Below, one piece after another: positions 20,681-29,614 of a stretch of DNA of 64,000 nucleotides; within the stretch, counting starts at the first letter, position 1, and each line of letters begins with the position of its first letter. The DNA lies in IMG/VR virus record IMGVR_UViG_3300028483_000002, positions 1-64,000 of that record, one strand, 5' to 3'. A program made the translations under genes and the position numbers. Source of the DNA: a virus (Duplodnaviria > Caudoviricetes). The notes beneath the pieces are model-generated. The model searched no databases, was not told the DNA's origin, and saw nothing but the letters and a program-made list of their open reading frames with translations.

Positions 20681-22126
20681 CTATCTATTTTCTCTTACAA
20701 TTGAACAAATTTTAGACCAAACTTCTGGTTTTACAGCCTGTGTTCCAAATTTCATTGATTTTTGGAATTCAGAATTGTAGAACTGAACTTGTTCTGGATT
20801 CATATTCCCTGCTTTTGCAGATTTAACAATTGCTGTTTTGAACTCATCAAAATCAGCCGATGTTGGTTTTCTGTTTGATGCGTGTAAATTTGTAGTTGAA
20901 TCTACAGATTTAGAAATTACAGATTGTCTTTCCATTGGCTGCCCAAGACTTTTTGTTACAGCAATCATTGATTCTTGTAATTCATCAATTGATTTTCTAA
21001 GTTGATTATTTTCTTCTCTTAAAATATCAATTTCAGAACTCATAGATTTAACTAATTCAGTTGCATCAAGATCTTCTTCTTCGTCAATTTCTTCATCATC
21101 TTCTTCGTCAGATTTTTTGACATTAGATTTTTTAATGCACCCCTTTTTTACACCCTTACCTTTTTTAACTTCATCATCTTCTTCATCTACTGTTTCATCA
21201 CCGTCAGATTCAATATATAAATCTTCTTCTTCGTACATTTCATCTTTTGGTTTTGCCATAGATTTTAAAAGTGAATCCATTGTTGCAGCAAAATTACTTT
21301 TCTTCATTTTGACCCCTCCCTGTTTTATTATTTCAAGAGTAGTTTCTCTTGCTTTATCCTCATCAAATCCCTTATCTATAAAGTAATCTTCAATTTCTTC
21401 TTGTGTTTTTAATTCCCCAGAATCAATTGCTTTTACACATTCTTTTATTACTTCTTTTTCAGGATCAATTTTTCCTTCATTTATTTCTAAAAGTTTTACA
21501 GTTTCTTTTTCTAAATCTTCATCTTGCAAGGCTCTACCACCTTCATAGTCAGCTGCGTTTGTTCCATAACCAGCATTCAAACTTTTACAAAAATCCACCA
21601 TTGATATTGACTTTGCGAATTTCGCACTCCCAACAGTCCAATTAACAGGAGAAACGGTTAATGCTAAATCATTCCACATAAAAGAAGTAATTGTTTCACT
21701 GCCATCTGCATTTTTATGTACTTTTGGCATAATCCCACCAATAGACGCTTTTACTCTTGTTGATTTATTTTTTAGAAGTTCAATATATGGTTTTGCAGCT
21801 TCAACACCCTTGTATAAAATACCTTTTACAAAAGTTGATTTTCCTTCTTTGCGAACAGAAATAGGTTCTCCAATAATTTTCTCTTTATGAGTTTCTACTG
21901 AACCATCTTCATTTCTGGTTTTGTGTAAGTGATCATCGGAAATTACCCCATTACTCAGAAAGTAATCTTTTGAATCTTCCAATGCACTCTGTAAAGTGAT
22001 TTGATTTTGTAAATCAAGATTTTCATTACTTGCTTCTACTTCAAAAACATAGTTCCCATTTTCATCTTCTTTACCTGTAATTGATTTACAAATGTTTTCC
22101 TGAATGTAAATGTTCTCATCCATCAT
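20681..22126 (-). CDS. Prohead protease with acidic C-terminal scaffold-like region
   Basis: EASNENLDLQNQ..DDHLH..IIGEP..KASIGG..LALTVSPVN protease motifs; acidic coiled-coil tail. Confidence 0.88.
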   Translation of the reverse strand: MMDENIYIQENICKSITGKEDENGNYVFEVEASNENLDLQNQITLQSALEDSKDYFLSNGVISDDHLHKTRNEDGSVETHKEKIIGEPISVRKEGKSTFVKGILYKGVEAAKPYIELLKNKSTRVKASIGGIMPKVHKNADGSETITSFMWNDLALTVSPVNWTVGSAKFAKSISMVDFCKSLNAGYGTNAADYEGGRALQDEDLEKETVKLLEINEGKIDPEKEVIKECVKAIDSGELKTQEEIEDYFIDKGFDEDKARETTLEIIKQGGVKMKKSNFAATMDSLLKSMAKPKDEMYEEEDLYIESDGDETVDEEDDEVKKGKGVKKGCIKKSNVKKSDEEDDEEIDEEEDLDATELVKSMSSEIDILREENNQLRKSIDELQESMIAVTKSLGQPMERQSVISKSVDSTTNLHASNRKPTSADFDEFKTAIVKSAKAGNMNPEQVQFYNSEFQKSMKFGTQAVKPEVWSKICSIVRENR

Positions 22127-22153
22127 TTTTGCAACCCTATTAAAAAATTGAAA

Positions 22154-22259
22154 TAAAAAAAGGCAGCCACAACGAACTATAAAAAATTCGTTATGACTGC
22201 CTTATAATAAGCACATCAATTATTTAGTAAATAGTATTACAACTAATACTTTTTGTCAA
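22154..22259 (-). promoter_or_regulatory. Late leader L3: promoter + operator B + TGTG motif + GCAG-stem terminator
   Basis: TTGACA(22259-22254)-17-TACTAT; GATGTGCTTATTATAAGGCAGTCAT..GTGGCTGCC-T7. Confidence 0.8.
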
Positions 22260-22272
22260 GTTTATTTGTAAT

Positions 22273-24105
22273 CTATAACCCACAAATCCCACATTCATTC
22301 AAAACTTCTTCAACCTTAAAAGCAATTGAATTAAACAATTCCGGATTTTCTGCTGAATAATCTGAAAACAATGATTCGTTATTAATTTCTTCAATGACTT
22401 CATCTTCATCTTCATCTTCAAAATCATTACAGAACATAATAATATCTTCTAAAGATTTTTTTATATCATTTGTATTGATAATACGATTTTCTAACTCAGC
22501 ACCATTTTCTATTGGTAGTAAAACAACCGCTTTATTTCCACTTTCAAATTTCACTCTGCTTTTGTTATCTCCAGGAATAACTTGCATCTTTACATTACTT
22601 AATGGACCTAAAAAGTTTTGAACAGTCTTTAGGTAATCAGTATTAAAATATCTATCCCCTAGTTTTATAATTGAAAACTCTTTTTCTTCTTTCCCGTTAT
22701 AATCTTTTCCTGTTACAACAGTTTTAGGAGCTGCTTTAATAATTGCATCAATACCATCTGGTATAGCACTTTCTTTCTGACCGTCTATTACAAATACTTT
22801 ATCCATATTAGTGATTTTATCTGTTTTAGTAGGTTCTTCAAATTTTTCTCTGCTACATAACATCACCTTTCCATCTGTTGTAATAGTCCAATCTTCTCCA
22901 TCTATGTTATAGTTATGTTTTGCAAAACGTTTTCCTTGATCTGCATTACTGGCTTTTTTTATTGCTTTCTTCTCAAAATCATCAAAAGTCTTTTGTTGTT
23001 TAGGTGTCATTTGATTCTGTTGTTTTTCTTCTTTATTTTCTTGGAAATACCCATCATCATTTATTTCCAAAGCTCCGCCTTTATAACTTTCCCAAATTTT
23101 TCTTGCAACATTATGATTAACTAATTTTGCCCACTCTTTTGCAATTTCATCAAGAGAAATTTCACTTTTTCTATCAGCCATATATTCAATAAACTTATCA
23201 ATACTACCTTTAAAATCTTCCACATGAGAATTTGCATATCTTTGAATTGTCGTAATTGGTTTTTTAAGCATTTTTTCTGTTGATAAAATTGTTTTATCAG
23301 AAACTTCGGTAACATAATCAATTTGTTTATCTGTAGCAAACTTTCCTTTAATTGCTACCTTTGTTTCATCTTTCTTTTCAGTTGATTCATTTAATTTATC
23401 TAGCACTTTTGCATATCCATCTTCACCTATTAAATTTTTTTCATTCTGAATTAGTCTTTGCCTTTTTATATAATCCTCGGCTTCCTTTTTTGTGTTAAAT
23501 TTTTCTACTTCACGACCACCTTCTTCTGTATAAACATAGTATTTGTTACCCATTTTCTGAATTGTAGCTTTGTCGTATTTATTTGGTTTTAAATCTTTCT
23601 TTTCAGTATTTTCAGATTTACCCTTACTTTCAATCTTTCCAGATTGTCTATCTACTTCTGCCCTAATTTTATCCAAAATAGGTAAGTCCATTCCATTTTC
23701 ATCTTGAAATCTTTGTTTATTCTGCATTACAAAGTTCATAAGTTCTTCAACATCATCAATCTTTTTTACTTTTGCAATTAAATGTCCTACAGCAATGTTT
23801 GTACCTCTGCCTTCTTTTTCATACATTCTAGCCCATTTTCCAGGAGCAATCTTTTTATATTTTTTCCCCTTCCAAACACGAACTGTACCAATCCCATAAC
23901 CAGCCTTTTCAATCCATTCACCAGAAATTGATTTTTCCAAATATTTATATTTTTTTTCTTCCTTACTGAATTGTTCTATTGCTTTTTTATAGTCTTTTGC
24001 TTCTTGTTTTTTAAGAATAGCAATTATTTCCTGTTTGAGTTCATCCAATTTTCTTTTACCAAGTGATTTCCAGATTTCTTTTAATACAGATTTTTGAATA
24101 AGCAT
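22273..24105 (-). CDS. Putative head-packaged protein (shared GYGIGTVR-W domain + clamp-like C-terminal region)
   Basis: 610 aa; KS-motif ends; ~85 aa domain shared with the 33-34.5 kb ORF. Confidence 0.6.
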   Translation of the reverse strand: MLIQKSVLKEIWKSLGKRKLDELKQEIIAILKKQEAKDYKKAIEQFSKEEKKYKYLEKSISGEWIEKAGYGIGTVRVWKGKKYKKIAPGKWARMYEKEGRGTNIAVGHLIAKVKKIDDVEELMNFVMQNKQRFQDENGMDLPILDKIRAEVDRQSGKIESKGKSENTEKKDLKPNKYDKATIQKMGNKYYVYTEEGGREVEKFNTKKEAEDYIKRQRLIQNEKNLIGEDGYAKVLDKLNESTEKKDETKVAIKGKFATDKQIDYVTEVSDKTILSTEKMLKKPITTIQRYANSHVEDFKGSIDKFIEYMADRKSEISLDEIAKEWAKLVNHNVARKIWESYKGGALEINDDGYFQENKEEKQQNQMTPKQQKTFDDFEKKAIKKASNADQGKRFAKHNYNIDGEDWTITTDGKVMLCSREKFEEPTKTDKITNMDKVFVIDGQKESAIPDGIDAIIKAAPKTVVTGKDYNGKEEKEFSIIKLGDRYFNTDYLKTVQNFLGPLSNVKMQVIPGDNKSRVKFESGNKAVVLLPIENGAELENRIINTNDIKKSLEDIIMFCNDFEDEDEDEVIEEINNESLFSDYSAENPELFNSIAFKVEEVLNECGICGL

Positions 24106-24136
24106 TTTATTTTCTCCCCTAAAATAATTTTAAAAC

Positions 24137-24242
24137 AAAAAAAGCAGCCACAACTATAAAAGTTATGACTGCTCTTTTGAACACATCAAATAAACACATT
24201 AAATATAATTATATTGTTATAATATATTTAAAAAAAGTCAAT
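24137..24242 (-). promoter_or_regulatory. Late leader L4
   Basis: TTGACT; GATGTGTTCAAAAGAGCAGTCAT..GTGGCTGC-T7 before the 610 aa gene; -10 spacing imperfect. Confidence 0.7.
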
Positions 24243-24274
24243 ATCAATTTTCTTTCAACTTTTCATAAATCAAA

Positions 24275-25435
24275 TTAATATTCCCCTTTTTTATATTTTT
24301 CCAAAATAGAACTAGATGATTCTATTTTTTCCCTGCCACCTACCCCAAAGCACAAATCAACCCCTAAAGATTCACACAAATCGCATTCCGGAACATTCTT
24401 ATATTCGGATCTATCCCCACCATTGCAAAATGATAATTTTGCCATAGGATATTTTTCTCTAATTTTTGACAATGCAACTTTTACAGTTCCGTCAACATCA
24501 AAATCATCATAAATAACATCTACAACACCTTTTATTGAACGCAAAACAGCTTCCCTAGATTCACGCTGTAATAATGGCTGATGTTTTCGTTCTTGTAACC
24601 ATTCATCACTATTCATAATTACTATTACACCGTCTTTTGATATTTTTGCGGCCTCTTTGATTAATTCAATATGACCTTTGTGCAATGGATCAAACCCGCC
24701 AGAAACGATGCTATATTTTTTTTCTTCTACCTCAAAACATAATTCTTGTGCATAAGGAAGCGACCTTGCCCAGTAAATAAAATCCTTACTCCATTCTGTC
24801 AACTTGTGAAATCGTCTTTGTCCTACAGAACACATATTCAAAAGATTTTCATAATTCATTGTTACAGTTCTTTTCTGTAACCAACTTTCTGGAAGCAACC
24901 TGATAAGTTCTTTCCAATAGCGTTTGTCTTTTGTTTCAAGGTATATCTTTCTTAATCTTTCTAGTTGACCTATATGTTCTTCCCAATAATCATCAAAAAA
25001 GGAATAAGGTAGAGAAATATGGTCACAACTACCCATAAAGTCATCCATTTCAAAACAATACTTCGTTATTGGAGTATTTGCTAACTTGTGCATTGTGCTT
25101 GTACTGTTTGCAACGGTTCCAACTTTGTAAGTCGAAAATTCTTTCCACCAGTACAATGGAGCTGTAATTGTAACTTCAACTTGTATTTGTCTAAGAAACT
25201 TTCTATGCTCACTTCCTGCTTTTATAAGTGTTTGTGCAAGTTTCATATCGTTTTCACCAATTATCGCATACTCGCAAATATTATTGTTTTTATGCAAAAT
25301 AACCATATCATTAGTAACGTCATTTAGGGAACAAAATCCAAACTTACTGTCGATTTTATCCCAACTGTTTTTTGGATTTCTCATACCATATAAAGCGTTC
25401 TCAAAACCACAAACTCTTGTTCTATCAAATTTCAT
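24275..25435 (-). CDS. ThyX-like domain fused to HIGH-family (cytidylyl/adenylyl)transferase
   Basis: N-terminal HRKFLRQIQV..APLYWWKEF..STSTMHKL (ThyX-like phage family); C-terminal SGGFDPLHKGH, NSDEWL, NGGDR, KIESSS. Confidence 0.75.
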   Translation of the reverse strand: MKFDRTRVCGFENALYGMRNPKNSWDKIDSKFGFCSLNDVTNDMVILHKNNNICEYAIIGENDMKLAQTLIKAGSEHRKFLRQIQVEVTITAPLYWWKEFSTYKVGTVANSTSTMHKLANTPITKYCFEMDDFMGSCDHISLPYSFFDDYWEEHIGQLERLRKIYLETKDKRYWKELIRLLPESWLQKRTVTMNYENLLNMCSVGQRRFHKLTEWSKDFIYWARSLPYAQELCFEVEEKKYSIVSGGFDPLHKGHIELIKEAAKISKDGVIVIMNSDEWLQERKHQPLLQRESREAVLRSIKGVVDVIYDDFDVDGTVKVALSKIREKYPMAKLSFCNGGDRSEYKNVPECDLCESLGVDLCFGVGGREKIESSSSILEKYKKGEY

Positions 25436-25863
25436 TTCTTTTCTCCTTTTATAAAATCTTCTGCATTTTGTCTTGCATATTCGTGAGAGTTATTTAACAA
25501 ATCTTTAATAATCGCTTTTGCATATTCCAAATCTGTTTTTAACTCTTCAATTCTATTTGACCATTCAATTTCTCTTTCATTAGCCCAATCTAACGATTGT
25601 TTTAAGTCTGTGTTATACTCTTTTATTTGCTCATTTTCTTCCATCACTTTTTGATTAATGAGTTCAAGTTCATCACAGTGTTCTTTTAATTCTTTAAACA
25701 ACTTTGTGTTTTGTTCGTTTTTTTTACATAACTTTTCAACTGTTTTTCGACAACTCCAAACACCACATTCTAAATCTATAAGATATTTATTCTCATCTGC
25801 ATAATCTTCTCTTACTGGTTTTTCAGGACAAAATTTAAATGCAGGACAATTTGTACAAATCAT
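25432..25863 (-). CDS. Hypothetical protein (Cys motif + coiled coil)
   Basis: 143 aa, overlapping start/stop with neighbours. Confidence 0.6.
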   Translation of the reverse strand: MICTNCPAFKFCPEKPVREDYADENKYLIDLECGVWSCRKTVEKLCKKNEQNTKLFKELKEHCDELELINQKVMEENEQIKEYNTDLKQSLDWANEREIEWSNRIEELKTDLEYAKAIIKDLLNNSHEYARQNAEDFIKGEKK

Positions 25864-26237
25864 TCTTCCACTCCTAATTGTTTAAATACTTTTTGCATTT
25901 TAGGAAATTGTTTCGCAAACCAATCTGTCATTTCTTCATTCGTAGCCCAATCACAATTTTCCCATAAACCACATTCAAATAAGAAGGCGTGAATTATTTC
26001 GTGTCTAAAAACTGACGGTATATGTCTTTCTAGACCACCTGCAATAGAAGGGGCTTTCTTGTATTCTTCATCATATAAATCACTGTTTATATGAATTTCT
26101 TTAAGAAACCTTTCTACATATCCATCTGCACGTGTCATTTTTGGGTTACATTTTTCGCTATCGTAAAAAATTTTGTATTTAACTCCTAAAACATTAACTT
26201 CTTTAGGTAATTTATTTGTACTAGTTTTTTTTCTCAT
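25860..26237 (-). CDS. Small HExxH metallopeptidase-like protein
   Basis: FRHEIIHAFL..NEEMTDWF. Confidence 0.65.
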   Translation of the reverse strand: MRKKTSTNKLPKEVNVLGVKYKIFYDSEKCNPKMTRADGYVERFLKEIHINSDLYDEEYKKAPSIAGGLERHIPSVFRHEIIHAFLFECGLWENCDWATNEEMTDWFAKQFPKMQKVFKQLGVEE

Positions 26238-26431
26238 TATTTCATTCTCCAGTTACTTAAATTTTCGCAATCACAACCTTCAAATTCAAAAAGTTTTGTA
26301 TAATCAATACAATTTTCGCAACATCTAAGATTTTTAATAATTTCTTTTAATTCTTTAATCTCATCTTCCTTTTGTTTTAGTAAAGTTTCGTTATTCGTGA
26401 TTAAATTCTTCACAATCAAATTCAACTTCAA
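26237..26431 (-). CDS. Hypothetical protein (coiled coil + CCxxC)
   Basis: 64 aa; related to motif in 41606-42067. Confidence 0.5.
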   Translation of the reverse strand: MKLNLIVKNLITNNETLLKQKEDEIKELKEIIKNLRCCENCIDYTKLFEFEGCDCENLSNWRMK

Positions 26432-26651
26432 TAAGACGTTTTTTAATTTCAGCGTTAAGTTGTTTTTCGTTTTTCAAATCCTCTATTAATTTTTCATTTT
26501 TAGATTTTTCCCTCGATAAATCAGATTGTAGTTCATATATGCGTTTTGCAAGGCTTTGTTTTTCTTGTTTTAATTCTTCATCAAGTTTTTGATATTCAGC
26601 AAATCGAACCCAAGACTTGTCATTGAATACTACTATTTCTATATCTTTCAT
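26391..26651 (-). CDS. Hypothetical coiled-coil protein
   Basis: GGAGGAGG RBS before ATG 26651 (MKDIEIV..). Confidence 0.55.
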   Translation of the reverse strand: MKDIEIVVFNDKSWVRFAEYQKLDEELKQEKQSLAKRIYELQSDLSREKSKNEKLIEDLKNEKQLNAEIKKRLIEVEFDCEEFNHE

Positions 26652-26655
26652 TTGT

Positions 26656-27012
26656 TTAATATCCTCCTCCACACAAACAGTCATACCAAGAAATATTTTT
26701 ACTAGACACAGATTTTCTAGATTGATAATTCTTGTAATTCTTCTGATTAAAATGCTCTTCCACTTTTTCGATTTCATTTACGACGCAGTAAGTAGCCATA
26801 TAAAAAGCAGCCTGCCAGCTTTTTCGTTCAAAAGATAAAGGCAACCCTGCTTCAATCGAACATCCAAGAGAATTAAGTTTGTTAATATCTCTCTCTGATT
26901 TTGACAATAACCATTTAGCTTTATTAATTGTGCCACTAGGATTACGATGATGTTCTAAATAGTTTCTTTTTCCAAAAGTAGTTGTATAAGGTTTAATTAT
27001 TGTTACTGCCAT
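26656..27012 (-). CDS. Hypothetical protein
   Basis: 118 aa ORF in operon context. Confidence 0.5.
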   Translation of the reverse strand: MAVTIIKPYTTTFGKRNYLEHHRNPSGTINKAKWLLSKSERDINKLNSLGCSIEAGLPLSFERKSWQAAFYMATYCVVNEIEKVEEHFNQKNYKNYQSRKSVSSKNISWYDCLCGGGY

Positions 27013-27015
27013 ATA

Positions 27016-27333
27016 CTAATCCTTGAATTTTGCAATTTCTTCTTCTGTTACACCCATACTTATTAACAATAAAACACAATAGCCAATAATATCTGCTACA
27101 TCGTTTACTCTTGGTTTTTCGTCTGTATTAGATTTAATTCTGCCAATTTTATCGTCAAGTCTAATTAAAATAGAATTTGTGGCATCTCCCTTGTAAAAAA
27201 TATTATTAGGATTCAAGGCAGAATCACCATATTTGTGATTTTTATATAGCAACAAATCCTGCATTGCATTTGTGATTTTTTTAATTTTTTCTTGCGTACT
27301 TTCACAAAAAGGATAAATATTATTTTCAATCAT
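27016..27333 (-). CDS. Nucleotide modification associated domain 1 (Nmad1/DUF1599-like)
   Basis: LLYKNHKYGDS..ILIRLDDKIGRI..DIIGYCVL. Confidence 0.8.
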   Translation of the reverse strand: MIENNIYPFCESTQEKIKKITNAMQDLLLYKNHKYGDSALNPNNIFYKGDATNSILIRLDDKIGRIKSNTDEKPRVNDVADIIGYCVLLLISMGVTEEEIAKFKD

Positions 27334-27491
27334 GATTTCTCCTTAAAATACCTGGTATAAATTTTATCTTTCAACGAACCTAATAAAATTCTGGCACCAG
27401 GTAAGCCAAAAATAATTTTAATATAAGTTTTTTTTGTGGTGGTTACTTCTCCACACAGTTTTTTTGAACAATCAACGATTGTTTTATATGT

Positions 27492-29174
27492 CTAACAACT
27501 TGGCAGCCCAAGAAGTGAAACACCTGAATCAATTCCAACTTGAAAATTAGACTTCCAAATACTGTTTATTTCTTGTTCTGAAAGATCCATTTCTTTCATG
27601 GCCTCTGTTTTATTTTGAACCCATCCGTTTATTCTTGCCATTTCAACGTTTAACTTTTGCATAAACTCTTTACAAAACTTTACATGTCTATTACCGTTTT
27701 TATATAGCTTAATGTTTGCAAAAAGTTTTCCATCAGTTGTATAAACATCAAAATCATTCCAATCGCTTTCTTTTACAGTTTCGTATTTATCTGGAAATGT
27801 AATCTGTGTTTTAAATCCTAGATTTTCTGCAATAATTAAAGTGTCTTGTACAAACTCAATTGCACTTCTATCAATTCTGCAAGAGTTACTTCCCCAACCA
27901 TATTCAAAGTTTCTCCAACCTTTAACTACAATCCTGTAATCTAATTGAAAATACTTTGCTTTTTTCATTCTTTCTTTTTTATCATCCCCATAAAAATGCT
28001 TAGTTTCATCAAATGTATCTTTGATATATCGCCAATCATCTTCATTCCAACGTTTATTTGATTTATAACGGTGAATTGTTTTTGTGTTGCATAAACTAAA
28101 GAAATATTCTGTTATCTGCTCGTCAAAAAGTGTATTGGAATGTTTAATCATCCATACTGTAAGTTGAACAATATTTTTTAATGTGAAATCAATGGCTGTG
28201 TTGTCATTCAACCTATTGATAACTTTCTCTCTACCTGTTGATGTTAGCCGACTTGTAAGTTTGTCATATTTTTTGAAAAGTAAATCCCAATAAATATGTT
28301 TCAAACCTTGCAACCTTTCTTTTAGGGCAGCTTTTAATCCAGGAATATCAATTTTTAATTCCTTTAATAAGTCATAATCAAGTTCTTCCAATTTTCTATA
28401 GTTTCTATAGAGTTTTTCCATATCTTTGTTATAGAACTCTACTAGCATTTCTGCTGTATCACCCTTTTGGATAATTTCATTTTTAAGATTTTCTTCTGTT
28501 TCCCTTCTGTATGATGTTTCATACTGTCTGTTTTTATCTGCATCAATTTTGAAAGTTTCCTCGAACCACAAATCAAAAGGATCTGTTGGTTTATTATCAT
28601 AACTTTTGTTTTGATACATATAAGGGGCAGGTGTAAGCACAATCAAGTCTACAGTTGCTCTTGCTTTTCTTTCAGCTTCTAAAAAATCATAAGTTCCAAT
28701 AATTTGATATTTGAACTTTCTTTTTTCAATTGCATCAATCAACTTTTCATTATTTTTCCATCGACTAGGAATTACTAAAGCAATTTTTTCTGCATTGCCT
28801 TGTTTTATGATTTTTTCAGTCCAAATTTCAAATTCTGAATAAGGTGGATTACAGAAAATCATATCCACTTTTTTATCAATTAAAGTTTGTTCGTGAAAAT
28901 CTGAACCTAAAAGTACAATATCATCTGGGAGATTTGCTGCAAGAATGTCAGATTTTTCAATTCCATATTTTGTAATATATTTAAATTCTTCACAATTACA
29001 AAACTTTTCAAAAAATGAGCCATTACCACAACCAATATCTAAAACTTTTCTAGGAATTTTTTCATATTTCAAATGTTTTTTTAACGCCTCTACAATTTCT
29101 GTTGTAGTAGGATAAAATTCAAAATCTTCACACCACTGTTTAAGTTCTTTAACAATTGTCGATGTTCTTTTCAC
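27492..29174 (-). CDS. N6-adenine DNA methyltransferase, DUF4942-like
   Basis: FEFYPTT, VLDIGCGNG, IFCNPPYS motifs; C-terminal KLYKNGNRHVKF; GTG start. Confidence 0.85.
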   Translation of the reverse strand: MKRTSTIVKELKQWCEDFEFYPTTTEIVEALKKHLKYEKIPRKVLDIGCGNGSFFEKFCNCEEFKYITKYGIEKSDILAANLPDDIVLLGSDFHEQTLIDKKVDMIFCNPPYSEFEIWTEKIIKQGNAEKIALVIPSRWKNNEKLIDAIEKRKFKYQIIGTYDFLEAERKARATVDLIVLTPAPYMYQNKSYDNKPTDPFDLWFEETFKIDADKNRQYETSYRRETEENLKNEIIQKGDTAEMLVEFYNKDMEKLYRNYRKLEELDYDLLKELKIDIPGLKAALKERLQGLKHIYWDLLFKKYDKLTSRLTSTGREKVINRLNDNTAIDFTLKNIVQLTVWMIKHSNTLFDEQITEYFFSLCNTKTIHRYKSNKRWNEDDWRYIKDTFDETKHFYGDDKKERMKKAKYFQLDYRIVVKGWRNFEYGWGSNSCRIDRSAIEFVQDTLIIAENLGFKTQITFPDKYETVKESDWNDFDVYTTDGKLFANIKLYKNGNRHVKFCKEFMQKLNVEMARINGWVQNKTEAMKEMDLSEQEINSIWKSNFQVGIDSGVSLLGLPSC

Positions 29175-29186
29175 ATTTTACTCCGT

Positions 29187-29210
29187 TTAAGTATTAGTTC
29201 TAATACTTTT
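29187..29210. promoter_or_regulatory. Operator B palindrome between MTase and divergent XRE gene
   Basis: AAGTAT-TAGTTCTA-ATACTT; near-identical sites at 22230-22253 and 54813-54836. Confidence 0.7.
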
Positions 29211-29289
29211 TATAAAGTATAGCATATTAAACGTTTTGTCAACAAAAAGTTTAGTAATTTTTATTACACTTTATGCCGATAATATTATT

Positions 29290-29499
29290 ATGAATTTAGA
29301 AACACAAGAATTTTGGATTAGAGTTAACAAATTAACAAAAGAAAAGAAACTTACACAAATCAAACTTTGTGAAAAATGTAACATTGCGTTGCCCACTTAC
29401 AAGGGATGGATAATGAGAGGTATATATCCAAACGCAAAGCAGGTTGTAGACATGGCAAAAATCTTAGAGACAACACCTGATTTTTTGGTCTATGGGTAA
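29290..29499 (+). CDS. XRE-family HTH regulator 1
   Basis: LTQIKLCEKCNIALPTYKGW..YPN..VDMAKILETTPDFLVYG; ATG 29290. Confidence 0.88.
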   Translation: MNLETQEFWIRVNKLTKEKKLTQIKLCEKCNIALPTYKGWIMRGIYPNAKQVVDMAKILETTPDFLVYG

Positions 29500-29563
29500 A
29501 ATATTTTATTGACAATTAAAATATTTTATATTAATTTAAGTTTAATTATTACGTTGTAATAAT

Positions 29564-29610
29564 TAAGGTTGGTAAAAAGAGTCTCCGTTCTGTTTACCAA
29601 CCTTTTTTTA
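29564..29610. terminator. Intrinsic (likely bidirectional) terminator between XRE1 and the large polyvalent gene
   Basis: AAGGTTGGTAAA..TTTACCAACCTT followed by a T run. Confidence 0.7.
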
Positions 29611-29614
29611 ATTT

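Noticed and set aside
29509-29610. Independent plus-strand small RNA from TTGACA at 29509
   Set aside because: No properly spaced -10; the hairpins are explained as a bidirectional terminator.
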